From Fidelibacterota bacterium (GTDB taxonomy: Bacteria; Fidelibacterota; UBA2242): a stretch of 40,504 bases of DNA. A program made the translations under genes and the position numbers. This document shows positions 18,889 to 27,481 of this stretch, piece by piece. A model generated the notes under the pieces. That model worked only from the letters and a program-made list of their open reading frames with translations. It was not told the origin of the DNA and ran no database searches. The DNA lies in assembly GCA_049975265.1 (NCBI GenBank), contig JBNGDF010000010.1:44980-85483 (forward strand), read 5' to 3'. Positions within the stretch are counted from its first letter, which is position 1. Every line of letters begins with the position of its first letter.

Positions 18889-21858
18889 ATGAACGATCTG
18901 ATTTACTATTACAACAAATTCAAATACGGCGAAGACAGCTTTCACTACCTGATGGCGAACAAGGTAAAGGAAATTCTGCTGATCTCCACCTTCTATGACG
19001 CCTTTATTTTCGAGCAGGACGGACGGCTTTCGGAACAGATTTATGGCGATTACCGCCAACTCAACCTGAGTACCGCCCCGATGATCACCAGTGTACCCAC
19101 AGGGGAAGAGGCACTGCGACAATTAAAAACCAAAAAATTCGATCTGGTCATCTCCATGCTTCATATCGGCAAGACGACGGCTTTTGAAATTGCCAAAAAG
19201 ATCAAAGAATTCGATCCGAATCTGCCGGTATTACTGCTTCTGAATATGCAATCAGACCTGAGCCTGCTTAAAAATTATACTAACATGCTGCAATATTTTG
19301 ACAATATCTTCCTCTGGCGCGGCGATGCCAAAATCTTCCTTGCTATGGTAAAATCCATTGAGGATTGGCGCAATCTGGACTACGATACAAAATACGGTCT
19401 GGTAAAGGTCATTCTGCTTGTCGAGGATTCGATTCCCTTCTATTCAACACTCCTGCCGCTGCTGTATGAGGAAATCGTCAAGCAGACGCAAATCCTGATT
19501 CACGAAGAGCTCAACGACATTAACAAACGCCTCCGTATGCGTGTCCGTCCCAAGGTCATTCTGGCGCACAATTACGAAAAGGCAATGGAAATTTACGAGA
19601 AATATACCGAGTATATTATTGCCGTCATTTCTGATATCAGCTTCGATCGCAACAGTCGCCTTGATCCCGACGCCGGTATCAGGCTGATCTCCAAAGTCAA
19701 GGAAAACATTTACGATATACCCACCATCCTGATGTCCTCGGATTCCAACAACCGTCGGAAAGCAGAAGAGATCGGAGCCATGTTTCTCGATAAAAATTCA
19801 AAACACCTGCTGCGTGATCTGCGCCAGTTTATGCTGAACAATATCGGCTTCGGGGACTTCATATTTCGCGATGAAAATGGCATTGAAATTGATCGCGCCC
19901 GCAGCCTCTATGAATTCGAAGAAAAACTGAAAAATATTCCCGACAATTCGATTCTTTATCACAGCCGCAGGAACCACTTCTCCGCCTGGCTGATGGCGCG
20001 CGGCGAAACCCAGATCGCCAAACGAATCCGCCTGCTGACTGTCCAGGACTTCAAATGCACCGCCAACATGCGCAAACATCTCGAAAATACACTTCACGAA
20101 ATCCGGAAAAACCGTACCAAAGGGAAAATCGTCAACTTCCACCCTGCCAGTCTTTACGAAACCGATGAGATTATCCGTCTCACCGAAGGATCACTGGGTG
20201 GCAAAGGGCGCGGACTGGCGTTTTTGAACTCACTGCTGGTCAGCATGGAATTCGATAAACGCTTTACCGATGTCAACATCTGTCTCCCCAGCACCCAAAT
20301 CATCGGTACCAATGAATTCGACGATTTCCTGCGCAATAACAAGATCAACGAAAAAATCAGCGACGGCTTGAGTGATCGGGAGATCGATGAAATCTTTCAA
20401 GCCGGGAAACTCTCCTACCAACTGGTCGACCATTTACGCATTATGCTGCAACACATCCACTATCCGTTGGCGGTACGCTCTTCCGGTCTGCTGGAGGACT
20501 CCTTTTCGCAACCCTTTGCCGGTATCTATCGGACCTATATGCTCCCCAATAATCACCCGGATCTGAATACCCGACTGAAGCAGCTTACCGACGCAATCAA
20601 ACTCGTTTTTGCCTCGGTCTTCATCAAAAGCGCCCGAACCTACATCGAAAATCTCAATCATCAGATTGAAGAAGAAAAGATGGCTGTCATTATCCAGCAG
20701 GTGGTGGGTTCTCAGTTCGGCGATTACTACTATCCACATATTTCCGGCGTAGCCCAGTCGCACAACTATTACCCGCTGGCAAACCTTAAAAATGAAGACG
20801 GGATCGCATCCATTGTTGTCGGGTTGGGGAAATCGGTCATCGAGGGTGGCAAACATTTCCGCTTTTGTCCCAAGTATCCAAAAATCGAATTTTTACAGAA
20901 TAAAAGCCTGCTGGAAGACTCCCAGAAAAAATTTTACGCCATCAACATGCTGAATCGGGAATTTGACCTGATTCAGGGAGAAGAGGCGACCATCGACAAT
21001 ATTGACCTCACCGTCGCCGAAAAGGACGGTGCTCTGCAACATGCAGCCTCTGTGTGGGACAGTGAAAACCAGCGTCTGGTTCCGGGACTGACCAAAGAGG
21101 GTCTGCGGATCATTACCTTCGATAATATCCTGAAGTATGATTATTTCCCGCTCGCTGCCATTATCACAGATATCCTCGATATAGGCGAACGGGCTTTCGG
21201 CATGCCGGTGGAAATCGAATTTGCCGTCAATCTAACCCGCAACCGGGCGGAAAATATTATGCCCTCTTTTTATATTTTGCAAATTCGACCCCTGGCAGTC
21301 AGTTCGGAAGACGTAGACCTTAGCCACGAGCAGTTCGACCCAAATGACCTCCTGATCTACACCGGGCGGAGTATGGGCAACGGTATTGTCACCGGAATCC
21401 GTGATATTATTTACGTCGATCCGCAGAAATTTGACAAACTGGAAACCATCAAAATCAAAGACGAAGTAGAATACCTGAATGATAAAATGAAACAGGCGGG
21501 TAAAGAATATATCCTGATCGGACAGGGGCGCTGGGGTTCTCAGGACCGCTTTCTGGGTATACCGGTTCGGTATGTCAACATCAGCGGAGCTAAAGTGATT
21601 GTCGAAATGGGTACTGAGGGGTTTTCTGTTGATCCTTCTCAGGGCACCCATTTTTTCCACAATATCATCGCCATGCAGACCGGCTATTTTACCATACCCC
21701 ATGATTCAAAACAGGACGTCATCAACTGGAAATGGCTAAAACACCAACCGGTGGTGGAAAAGACCGAACATCTTGTCCATGTCCGCTGCAGCAATTCGCT
21801 GACCATAAAAATGGACGGCAAACACGGCATCGCAGCGGTATTAAAAACCGCAGATTGA
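18889..21858 (+). CDS. Receiver-domain + PEP/pyruvate-binding (PPDK_N) protein
   Basis: Two receiver-like regions (FDLVIS; LLVEDS..VISD), then GSLGGKGRGL, PLAVRSS.LLED..QPFAG.Y, EEKMAV, PVEIEFA, LQIRP; ATG at 18889 after AAGGA. Confidence 0.88.
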   Translation: MNDLIYYYNKFKYGEDSFHYLMANKVKEILLISTFYDAFIFEQDGRLSEQIYGDYRQLNLSTAPMITSVPTGEEALRQLKTKKFDLVISMLHIGKTTAFEIAKKIKEFDPNLPVLLLLNMQSDLSLLKNYTNMLQYFDNIFLWRGDAKIFLAMVKSIEDWRNLDYDTKYGLVKVILLVEDSIPFYSTLLPLLYEEIVKQTQILIHEELNDINKRLRMRVRPKVILAHNYEKAMEIYEKYTEYIIAVISDISFDRNSRLDPDAGIRLISKVKENIYDIPTILMSSDSNNRRKAEEIGAMFLDKNSKHLLRDLRQFMLNNIGFGDFIFRDENGIEIDRARSLYEFEEKLKNIPDNSILYHSRRNHFSAWLMARGETQIAKRIRLLTVQDFKCTANMRKHLENTLHEIRKNRTKGKIVNFHPASLYETDEIIRLTEGSLGGKGRGLAFLNSLLVSMEFDKRFTDVNICLPSTQIIGTNEFDDFLRNNKINEKISDGLSDREIDEIFQAGKLSYQLVDHLRIMLQHIHYPLAVRSSGLLEDSFSQPFAGIYRTYMLPNNHPDLNTRLKQLTDAIKLVFASVFIKSARTYIENLNHQIEEEKMAVIIQQVVGSQFGDYYYPHISGVAQSHNYYPLANLKNEDGIASIVVGLGKSVIEGGKHFRFCPKYPKIEFLQNKSLLEDSQKKFYAINMLNREFDLIQGEEATIDNIDLTVAEKDGALQHAASVWDSENQRLVPGLTKEGLRIITFDNILKYDYFPLAAIITDILDIGERAFGMPVEIEFAVNLTRNRAENIMPSFYILQIRPLAVSSEDVDLSHEQFDPNDLLIYTGRSMGNGIVTGIRDIIYVDPQKFDKLETIKIKDEVEYLNDKMKQAGKEYILIGQGRWGSQDRFLGIPVRYVNISGAKVIVEMGTEGFSVDPSQGTHFFHNIIAMQTGYFTIPHDSKQDVINWKWLKHQPVVEKTEHLVHVRCSNSLTIKMDGKHGIAAVLKTAD

Positions 21859-21991
21859 TCTATTCTCCCAAAAACCCGAACCGAATTTGGGAGCCAGCCG
21901 AAACGAGCTGAAGAAATAAAAATTTACTTTTAAAAATATTCGGACAGCGCCGTAAATTTACGCTTTGAAAAATGATTGCGATGAGGAGTCT

Positions 21992-22345
21992 ATGCGGATA
22001 TATCTTATAACTACCATCATGCTGATGTGCAGCAATGTATTTATGACCTTTGCCTAGTATGGACATCTGAAAAATCTGGCACACCGACCGTGGTTTATCG
22101 CGGCTTTGGTCAGTTGGGGCATTGCCATGTTTGAATATCTTATTCAGGTCCCGGCAAATCGAATCGGATTTCAGGTAATGAGCTTAGAGCAGCTAAAAAT
22201 TCTTCAGGAAGTGATCACCCTGAGTATATTTATTCCTTTTTCGCTCTTTTACATGAAGGAGCGTCTCAGTCTGGATTATATCATCGCAGCGATATGTATT
22301 TTGACCGCCGTTTTCTTTATTTTCATGAGTAAATTATTCCACTGA
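21992..22345 (+). pseudogene. Small DMT-family (DUF486-type) membrane protein interrupted by a nonsense codon
   Basis: GAGGAG SD and ATG at 21992; reads SNVFMTFA*YGHLK..SWGIA.FEY..QVPANRIG..QLKI.QE. TAG at 22055-22057 replaces the conserved Trp of FAWYGHL. Confidence 0.8.
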
Positions 22346-22392
22346 TCGGGATTCGCGCTGCTCTGAAAAAACCTGGAACGTCTCCAACCGCC

Positions 22393-23337
22393 CTATTCAA
22401 AATACCGATAATCCAGATACTCCTCGTACTGTCTCGGACTGATGTACTCTTTATAGACCAAGTCCCGCAAAATTCGGCGCCGCTTCTTCTCGTGCTGGGG
22501 CGAAATGTACTGATTTTGAAATATGGTAAAATGATAGCGCCGCGGTGAGGGCAGCATCAGTGCCATAAACGCCGCCTCAGCGGCATTCATCTCTGCCGGA
22601 TTCTTCGAATAATAGTATTGCGCCGCTGCATTTACCCCATAGATATCCGGTCCGAACTCCGCCACATTCAGATACAGCTCCAGTATTTCATTTTTTGAAA
22701 AGTATTTTTCCATCCGCCGGGTAGCGACGATCTCTTTCAATTTCCGGATCAGGCGTTTGGAATCCCCTACATAAAGATTCTTTACCACCTGCTGCGAGAT
22801 GGTACTGGCGCCGAAAACCAGTTTTTTCTGTTTGATATTTTCACCCAGAGCATTGATCATCATATCGTAATTAATGCCTTTATGGTCGAAAAATTCGCCA
22901 TCCTCTGCCATGACAACCGTGTATAACAGCTCCCGACTGACATCCCGCAACCCTACCCAACTATGCTGAATCGTCTTATCTTCAAGGCGTGCCTGTACAT
23001 AATCGGTTCCGGCACTCTTCAGATCCGTGTAATCCATATTTTTAAAATCGGGTATTGACTGAAAGAAACCGATCAAAAAGGCAACCAGTAAAATCAGCAG
23101 AGCCCAGGCAATAATTCCGGAAATGACGAACAGCCTGTTAAAAAACAGATACGGCTTTTTGATTACATTCAGGAGCCGATCTCCTACAGCGTGAAAAAAC
23201 GGTCTGGGTTGACGAAATTTTTCTATTGTCCTTGCCGGCGATGGACGACTTTGGTCCCTAGCAACGACAGCGGGATCATTCGGAATAATGTGATGATTGG
23301 TCGCCGTAGTCGCTGAACTGTCTTTCTTTTTTGTCAT
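22393..23337 (-). CDS. mtgA: Monofunctional peptidoglycan transglycosylase (GT51)
   Basis: AED..F..H.G, GASTISQQ..KNL, RK.KE, SK.EILE.YLN, YGV.AAA..YY; one TM; no transpeptidase domain. Confidence 0.85.
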   Translation of the reverse strand: MTKKKDSSATTATNHHIIPNDPAVVARDQSRPSPARTIEKFRQPRPFFHAVGDRLLNVIKKPYLFFNRLFVISGIIAWALLILLVAFLIGFFQSIPDFKNMDYTDLKSAGTDYVQARLEDKTIQHSWVGLRDVSRELLYTVVMAEDGEFFDHKGINYDMMINALGENIKQKKLVFGASTISQQVVKNLYVGDSKRLIRKLKEIVATRRMEKYFSKNEILELYLNVAEFGPDIYGVNAAAQYYYSKNPAEMNAAEAAFMALMLPSPRRYHFTIFQNQYISPQHEKKRRRILRDLVYKEYISPRQYEEYLDYRYFE

Positions 23338-23397
23338 TATCCTGTCTTATACCTGCCGGGTTTATTGTATCGAATTCCGGTAAAAATTGCAAGGGAT

Positions 23398-23430
23398 AAA
23401 AAAAGGGATTGCCGGTAGACAATCCCTTTT
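23398..23430 (-). terminator. Intrinsic terminator of gdhA
   Basis: AAAAGGGATTG-N8-CAATCCCTTTT hairpin followed by T7 on the minus strand, about 20 bp after the gdhA stop. Confidence 0.85.
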
Positions 23431-23451
23431 ATTTGCGCAATTTTACTCGTG

Positions 23452-24795
23452 TCAGACACAACCCTGATCGATCATGGAATCGGCGACTTTGATGAATCCA
23501 CCGATATTAGCGCCCTTGACATAATTGACATAGTCGCCGTCCTGACCATATTTAACACAGGTCGCATGAATATTCTTCATGATGCTCTGCAGTTTTTGAT
23601 CGACTTCCTCACGGCTCCAGTTAAACCGCATGCTGTTCTGGCTCATTTCCAGACCGGATACAGCGACACCGCCGGCATTGGCGGCTTTTCCTGGTGCATA
23701 GAGCATACGGTGTTTCACAAACAGAGTAATCGCGGCGGGGGTACAGGGCATATTGGCGCCTTCGCAAACGCAGATACAGCCGTTGTCGACCAGGTTTTCG
23801 GCATCCGCTTCATTCAGTTCGTTCTGAGTCGCACAGGGCAACGCAATATCGACTTTTACCTCCCAGGGACGCCGTCCGGCGACAAATTTGGCGCTCTTGA
23901 ATTTATCCGCAAAGGGTGCGACAACGTCATTGTTGGTAGCACGCAGTTCCAGCATGTAGCGGATTTTCTCATCGTTAAGTCCCTCTTCATCATAGATATA
24001 CCCGTCGGGACCAGAGAGGGTAACAACCTTTGCACCGAGTTCCGTGGCTTTCTGGGCGGCGCCCCAGGCGACATTCCCGAATCCCGAAATGGCAACCCGT
24101 TTGCCCTTAAAGGATTCACTCCGGGTTTTCAGCATTTCCTGAGCAAAATAGACATTGCCGAAGCCGGTTGCTTCCGGTCGAATGAGACTACCGCCCCAGC
24201 TCAACCCCTTACCGGTCAGAACCCCGGTATATTCGTTTTTCAGCCGCTTATACTGACCAAACAGGAAACCGATTTCACGGGCACCCACGCCAATATCACC
24301 GGCGGGAATATCAACATTGGCACCGATATGCCGGTACAGCTCGGTCATAAAGGATTGACAGAAGCTCATGATCTCATTCTCGGATTTGCCCTTCGGATTG
24401 AAATCCGAACCCCCCTTACCGCCCCCCATAGGCAGGGTTGTCAGACTATTTTTAAAAATCTGTTCAAACCCAAGAAACTTCAAAATGCTGAGATTTACCG
24501 ACGGGTGAAAACGTAAACCACCTTTATAGGGACCGATGGCGGAATTGAACTCAATGCGATAGCCACGATTCACCTGGATATTGCCGCGATCGTCCCGCCA
24601 GGGCACCCGAAAAATGATGGTCCGCTCCGGCTCGATAATCCGCTCTAATATCTTATGGTGTTGGTATACCGGATTCTCCTGGACAAAATCCCACAAAAAC
24701 TCAACCACTTCATGCACAGCCTGGTGAAACTCGGTCTCACCGGGATTCCTGGCAATCACCATCTGCATAAATTCTTCGACGGATGCATAATTCAT
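23452..24795 (-). CDS. gdhA: Glutamate dehydrogenase (NADP-specific GdhA type)
   Basis: GPYKGGLRFH, GGGKGGSDF, PAGDIGVG, RPEATG, SGFGNVA, PCATQNE, EGANMP, GKAANAGGV. Confidence 0.97.
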   Translation of the reverse strand: MNYASVEEFMQMVIARNPGETEFHQAVHEVVEFLWDFVQENPVYQHHKILERIIEPERTIIFRVPWRDDRGNIQVNRGYRIEFNSAIGPYKGGLRFHPSVNLSILKFLGFEQIFKNSLTTLPMGGGKGGSDFNPKGKSENEIMSFCQSFMTELYRHIGANVDIPAGDIGVGAREIGFLFGQYKRLKNEYTGVLTGKGLSWGGSLIRPEATGFGNVYFAQEMLKTRSESFKGKRVAISGFGNVAWGAAQKATELGAKVVTLSGPDGYIYDEEGLNDEKIRYMLELRATNNDVVAPFADKFKSAKFVAGRRPWEVKVDIALPCATQNELNEADAENLVDNGCICVCEGANMPCTPAAITLFVKHRMLYAPGKAANAGGVAVSGLEMSQNSMRFNWSREEVDQKLQSIMKNIHATCVKYGQDGDYVNYVKGANIGGFIKVADSMIDQGCV

Positions 24796-25311
24796 GTGAC
24801 CTCTCCTTTTTTTTGCTATTCTCCCCTATGCTCTATGGTTACATAATCGATAACTTTTCTTAATATCAATTTGTAGGCAAATTATTTGCAAATTACATAC
24901 CACCACCCCTGGTTTATGTCATCCATTGGGTAAAATATCGTGGTTTGCTCCGCAATCTCCTAGCTCGGTATCGCTTTACTCCTGCCTTTTGAAAACTCCC
25001 GGGTTATACCGGAGTCCGCAAAAATATCCCCAAATCGAATTCGATCCGCGACATTTCCTGCTTAATTCTGAACGATAAAAATTTCCCAATTATTGCATTC
25101 AACATTAAACCCGTTTGCCAATAATGAGAAAGGCAGTCTGCTGAAAAACCACTGTCCGTATCACTAATATTCTCCTCCGAATTCTTCTCACTACTCAGAA
25201 TAATCGAATATTCACCGCATTTTATACCCGAATAATTTCCATTTACCAATGTTTTTTTATAATTTTCGCCATGTTTTTTCGATGCCGTGTGTAATGCAGT
25301 AAGGAGAACGG

Positions 25312-25767
25312 ATGCCGGAACCCACTTCCTTTTTAACCCATTTGGAGAAAGACAGAAGCAATCTAATCAAAGCCCTGCAATTGACCCAGGAAGCCGAGGG
25401 CTATATTTCCGATGAAGCGGTACGGATTATTTCCGACTATTTTGCGCTTCCGCCAGTGGATGTCGAAGGCGTTCTGAGTTTTTATGCTCAATTCAAGCGT
25501 ACCAAGCCGGGGAAATATATCATTTCCGTCTGTGACGGTACCGCCTGTCATATCAAAGGCTCCAGTCTGGTCGCCAACTGGATCACCGATTTTCTGGGCA
25601 TCAAAAGTGGCGAAACCGATAAGGACGGTCTTTTCTCCCTGGAAACCGTCGCCTGTCTCGGCTGTTGCAGTCTGGCGCCGGTCATCAGCATTAACGGTAA
25701 GGTTTTCGGGAATCTGGACCGAAAAAAACTGTTAAAAGTCCTTAAAAAATATAAACAGACGGGATAA
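25312..25767 (+). CDS. NuoE/HydC-like [2Fe-2S] subunit (StnA-like)
   Basis: C-DGTA-C..CLGCC motif; AAGGAG SD. Confidence 0.92.
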   Translation: MPEPTSFLTHLEKDRSNLIKALQLTQEAEGYISDEAVRIISDYFALPPVDVEGVLSFYAQFKRTKPGKYIISVCDGTACHIKGSSLVANWITDFLGIKSGETDKDGLFSLETVACLGCCSLAPVISINGKVFGNLDRKKLLKVLKKYKQTG

Positions 25768-25768
25768 C

Positions 25769-27481
25769 ATGATAAAACGGATCAAAATCGGTACCGGGAG
25801 TTGCGGACTAGCCGCCGGCGCAGGCGAGGTATATGACTTCTTCAGAGAAAATATTCGGGATATAGACGTTATCGGCGTGGGCTGTATCGGGCACTGTTAT
25901 GCCGAACCGCTGGTGGAGGTGGAAACGGATCAGGGATCCGTTTTTTATGAAAAGGTCGAACCAACCCAGGTTTTTATTGATAAAATACGCAATCTCGATG
26001 AGCAATCGCGGTTGAAATTTCGTCCGGAACGCCGGGAACGGGAGCGGCTCAAAGTCACCCGGCTCGCCGGACGGATCGATCCCACCTCTATTGACGAATA
26101 CCTCAAAAACGGTGGTTACAGCGCCCTCACGAAAGCCATGACCATACCGCCCGAGCAAGTCGTCGAGGAAGTAAAACGATCGGGATTACGCGGACGCGGT
26201 GGAGCCGGCTTTCCTACCGGTCTGAAATGGAGCTTTCTCCAAAAAAGCAGGAATTCGGACAAGGTATTGATCTGCAACGCCGATGAAGGTGATCCGGGTG
26301 CCTTTATGGATCGTTCAATGATGGAATCGGTGCCCCATCAGGTCCTGGAAGGGATGCTGATCGCAGCCTATGCGACCGGAGCCACCCTCATTTTTATCTA
26401 TTGCCGGGCGGAGTATCCCTTAGCCATCAAACATCTTAAAACCGCCATTGATCAGATTATAAAACATGGTTTAAATCAGATAGGCGACCGAAAACTGACG
26501 ATTCAAATTAAAGAGGGTGCCGGTGCGTTTGTCTGCGGTGAAGAGACCGCCATGATCCACTCTCTGGAAGGCAGCCGGGGAACACCGCGATTCCGTCCGC
26601 CTTACCCCACCGATTCCGGCTTCAAAGGTCTGCCGACCATGATCAATAACGTCGAAACCTTCGCAAATATCCCGATCATTATCAATGAAGGCGGCGCCGA
26701 ATTCGCTAAAATCGGTACAGAAAAAAGCAAGGGAACCAAACTTTTCGCTCTCGCCGGCGATCTGAAATACCCAGGACTGGTGGAGGTTCCCATGGGAATC
26801 ACACTGGGCGAGATTGTCTACGACATCGGCGGCGCGGAAAAGGGGAGCGTCAAAGCCGTCCAGATCGGCGGTCCCAGCGGCGGCTGCATCCCGGCGGAAC
26901 ATTTCGATGTCAGAATCGACTACGACTCACTAAAATCGCTGGGCGCCATTATGGGCTCCGGCGGTCTGATCTTCATCGGTCAGAATCGCTGTATGGTGGA
27001 AACCGCCCGCTATTTCCTCGATTTTACGACCCGGGAAAGTTGCGGAAAATGCACCTTCTGCCGCATCGGGACTAAGCGTATGCTGGAGACCTTGGAGCGA
27101 ATTACCCACGGCAAAGGGGTGCCGGAAGATATTGAATTTCTTGAGGATCTTGGAAAAAAAATAATCAAGGGCTCGCTTTGTGGTCTGGGTCAATCGGCAC
27201 CCAACCCGGTATTGACAACCTTACGCTACTACCGCCATGAATATGAACGGCATGTTATCGACAAACGGTGTGATGCGCTGGTCTGCAACGATCTGGTCCG
27301 GGTCTTTATCAACAAATCCAACTGTATCGAATGCGGACTCTGTATCAAAAACTGCCCCGTCAATGCCATTTCCGACAATTATGTCATTGATGATACCATC
27401 TGTACCCGATGCAACAGCTGTATTGAAGTCTGTCCCAAAAACACCATTTCACGAATAGCGGGAGGAAATGCCGGTGTCTGA
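25769..27481 (+). CDS. NuoF/HydB-like FMN/NADH subunit with C-terminal 2[4Fe-4S] (StnB-like)
   Basis: GLRGRGGAGFPTG, NADEGDPGAFMDR, GAGAFVCGEET, GGPSGG, ESCGKCTFCR, two CxxCxxCxxxCP motifs. Confidence 0.93.
   Translation: MIKRIKIGTGSCGLAAGAGEVYDFFRENIRDIDVIGVGCIGHCYAEPLVEVETDQGSVFYEKVEPTQVFIDKIRNLDEQSRLKFRPERRERERLKVTRLAGRIDPTSIDEYLKNGGYSALTKAMTIPPEQVVEEVKRSGLRGRGGAGFPTGLKWSFLQKSRNSDKVLICNADEGDPGAFMDRSMMESVPHQVLEGMLIAAYATGATLIFIYCRAEYPLAIKHLKTAIDQIIKHGLNQIGDRKLTIQIKEGAGAFVCGEETAMIHSLEGSRGTPRFRPPYPTDSGFKGLPTMINNVETFANIPIIINEGGAEFAKIGTEKSKGTKLFALAGDLKYPGLVEVPMGITLGEIVYDIGGAEKGSVKAVQIGGPSGGCIPAEHFDVRIDYDSLKSLGAIMGSGGLIFIGQNRCMVETARYFLDFTTRESCGKCTFCRIGTKRMLETLERITHGKGVPEDIEFLEDLGKKIIKGSLCGLGQSAPNPVLTTLRYYRHEYERHVIDKRCDALVCNDLVRVFINKSNCIECGLCIKNCPVNAISDNYVIDDTICTRCNSCIEVCPKNTISRIAGGNAGV

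Noticed and set aside
22055..22057. Amber recoding or pyrrolysine
   Set aside because: The position is a conserved Trp one substitution from TAG; TAG acts as a stop elsewhere in the window, and no pyl genes were seen.
23449..24516. 355 aa ORF antisense to gdhA
   Set aside because: Shadow ORF wholly opposite a highly conserved gene, with no recognisable motifs; such antisense frames are common for GDH genes.
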